Source of the DNA: Eledone cirrhosa
Lineage: Eukaryota
Assembly: GCA_964016885.1 (NCBI GenBank)
Contig: OZ024741.1
Location: 402,318,001 to 402,382,000, forward strand
Length of the DNA: 64,000 nt
Direction of reading: 5' to 3'
Of the stretch, positions 63,501 to 64,000 are shown piece by piece (position 1 is the first letter of the stretch; each line of letters starts with the position of its first letter). The position numbers and the translations under genes were made by a program. Below the pieces are notes generated by a model. The model was not told the origin of the DNA, made no database searches, and saw only the letters and a program-made list of their open reading frames with translations.

Positions 63501-64000
63501 CAACAACTGGCTGTACCAGTGGCACATCTAGAGTGGTACCCCAACAACTGGCTGTACCAGTGGCACATCTAGAGTGACACCCCAAAGACTGGCTGTACCA
63601 GTAGCACATCTAGAGTAACACCCCAACAACTGGCTGTACCAGTGGCACATCTAGAGTGACACCCCAACAACTGGCTGTACCAGTGGCACATCTAGAGTAA
63701 CACCCCAACAACTGGCTGTACCAGTGGCACATCTAGAGTGACACCCAACAACTGGCTGTACCAGTGGCACATCTAGAGTAACACCCCAACAACTGACTGT
63801 ACCAGTGGCACATCTAGAGTAACACCCCAACAACTGGCTGTACCAGTGGCACATCTAGAGTGACACCCAACAACTGGCTGTACCAGTGGCACATCTAGAG
63901 TGACACCCAACAACTTGCTGTACCAGTGGCACATCTAGAGTGACACCCAACAACTGGCTGTACCAGTGGCACATCTAGAGTGACACCCAACAACTGGCTG
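51514..64000 (+). repeat. 41-bp tandem satellite (~300 monomers, continues past the window end)
   Basis: Monomer TCTAGAGTGACACCCCAACAACTGGCTGTACCAGTGGCACA with a few recurrent variants; period 41 (TCTAGA at 51514, 51555, 51596). Confidence 0.97.

Noticed and set aside
53237-63854. Many minus-strand ORFs (MCHWYSQ...)
   Set aside because: Translations of the 41-bp satellite; the period is not a multiple of 3 and stops recur.
51514-64000. CRISPR-like array (regular palindromic repeats)
   Set aside because: No unique spacers: monomers are head-to-tail with only point variants. There are no cas genes and the context is eukaryotic.

Overview
This is eukaryotic, AT-rich, repeat-dominated DNA. The SINE types, abundant (TA/TG)n microsatellites and RTE LINEs point to an octopus/cephalopod genome (inference). 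The only host coding sequence I can support is two + strand internal exons of ARL15 (45167-45314 and 48445-48504); exon 1 was not identified and later exons would lie beyond the window. Mobile DNA includes one RTE-clade LINE with an intact ORF (APE endonuclease, RT, and a PHD-type finger between RT motifs 6 and 7), several truncated RTE copies, an R4/Dong-type RLE retrotransposon, Tx1/L1-like, CR1 and CRE-like fragments, and Penelope-like remnants with inverted pseudo-LTRs and hammerhead ribozyme motifs. There are also two tRNA-derived SINE families and TTAA-flanked piggyBac-type MITEs. The last 12.5 kb is a 41-bp satellite with higher-order structure. Its monomer is the final codons of a decayed RTE LINE that runs directly into the array, so the satellite appears to be caught at its point of origin. 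Most listed ORFs are microsatellite or antisense artefacts.
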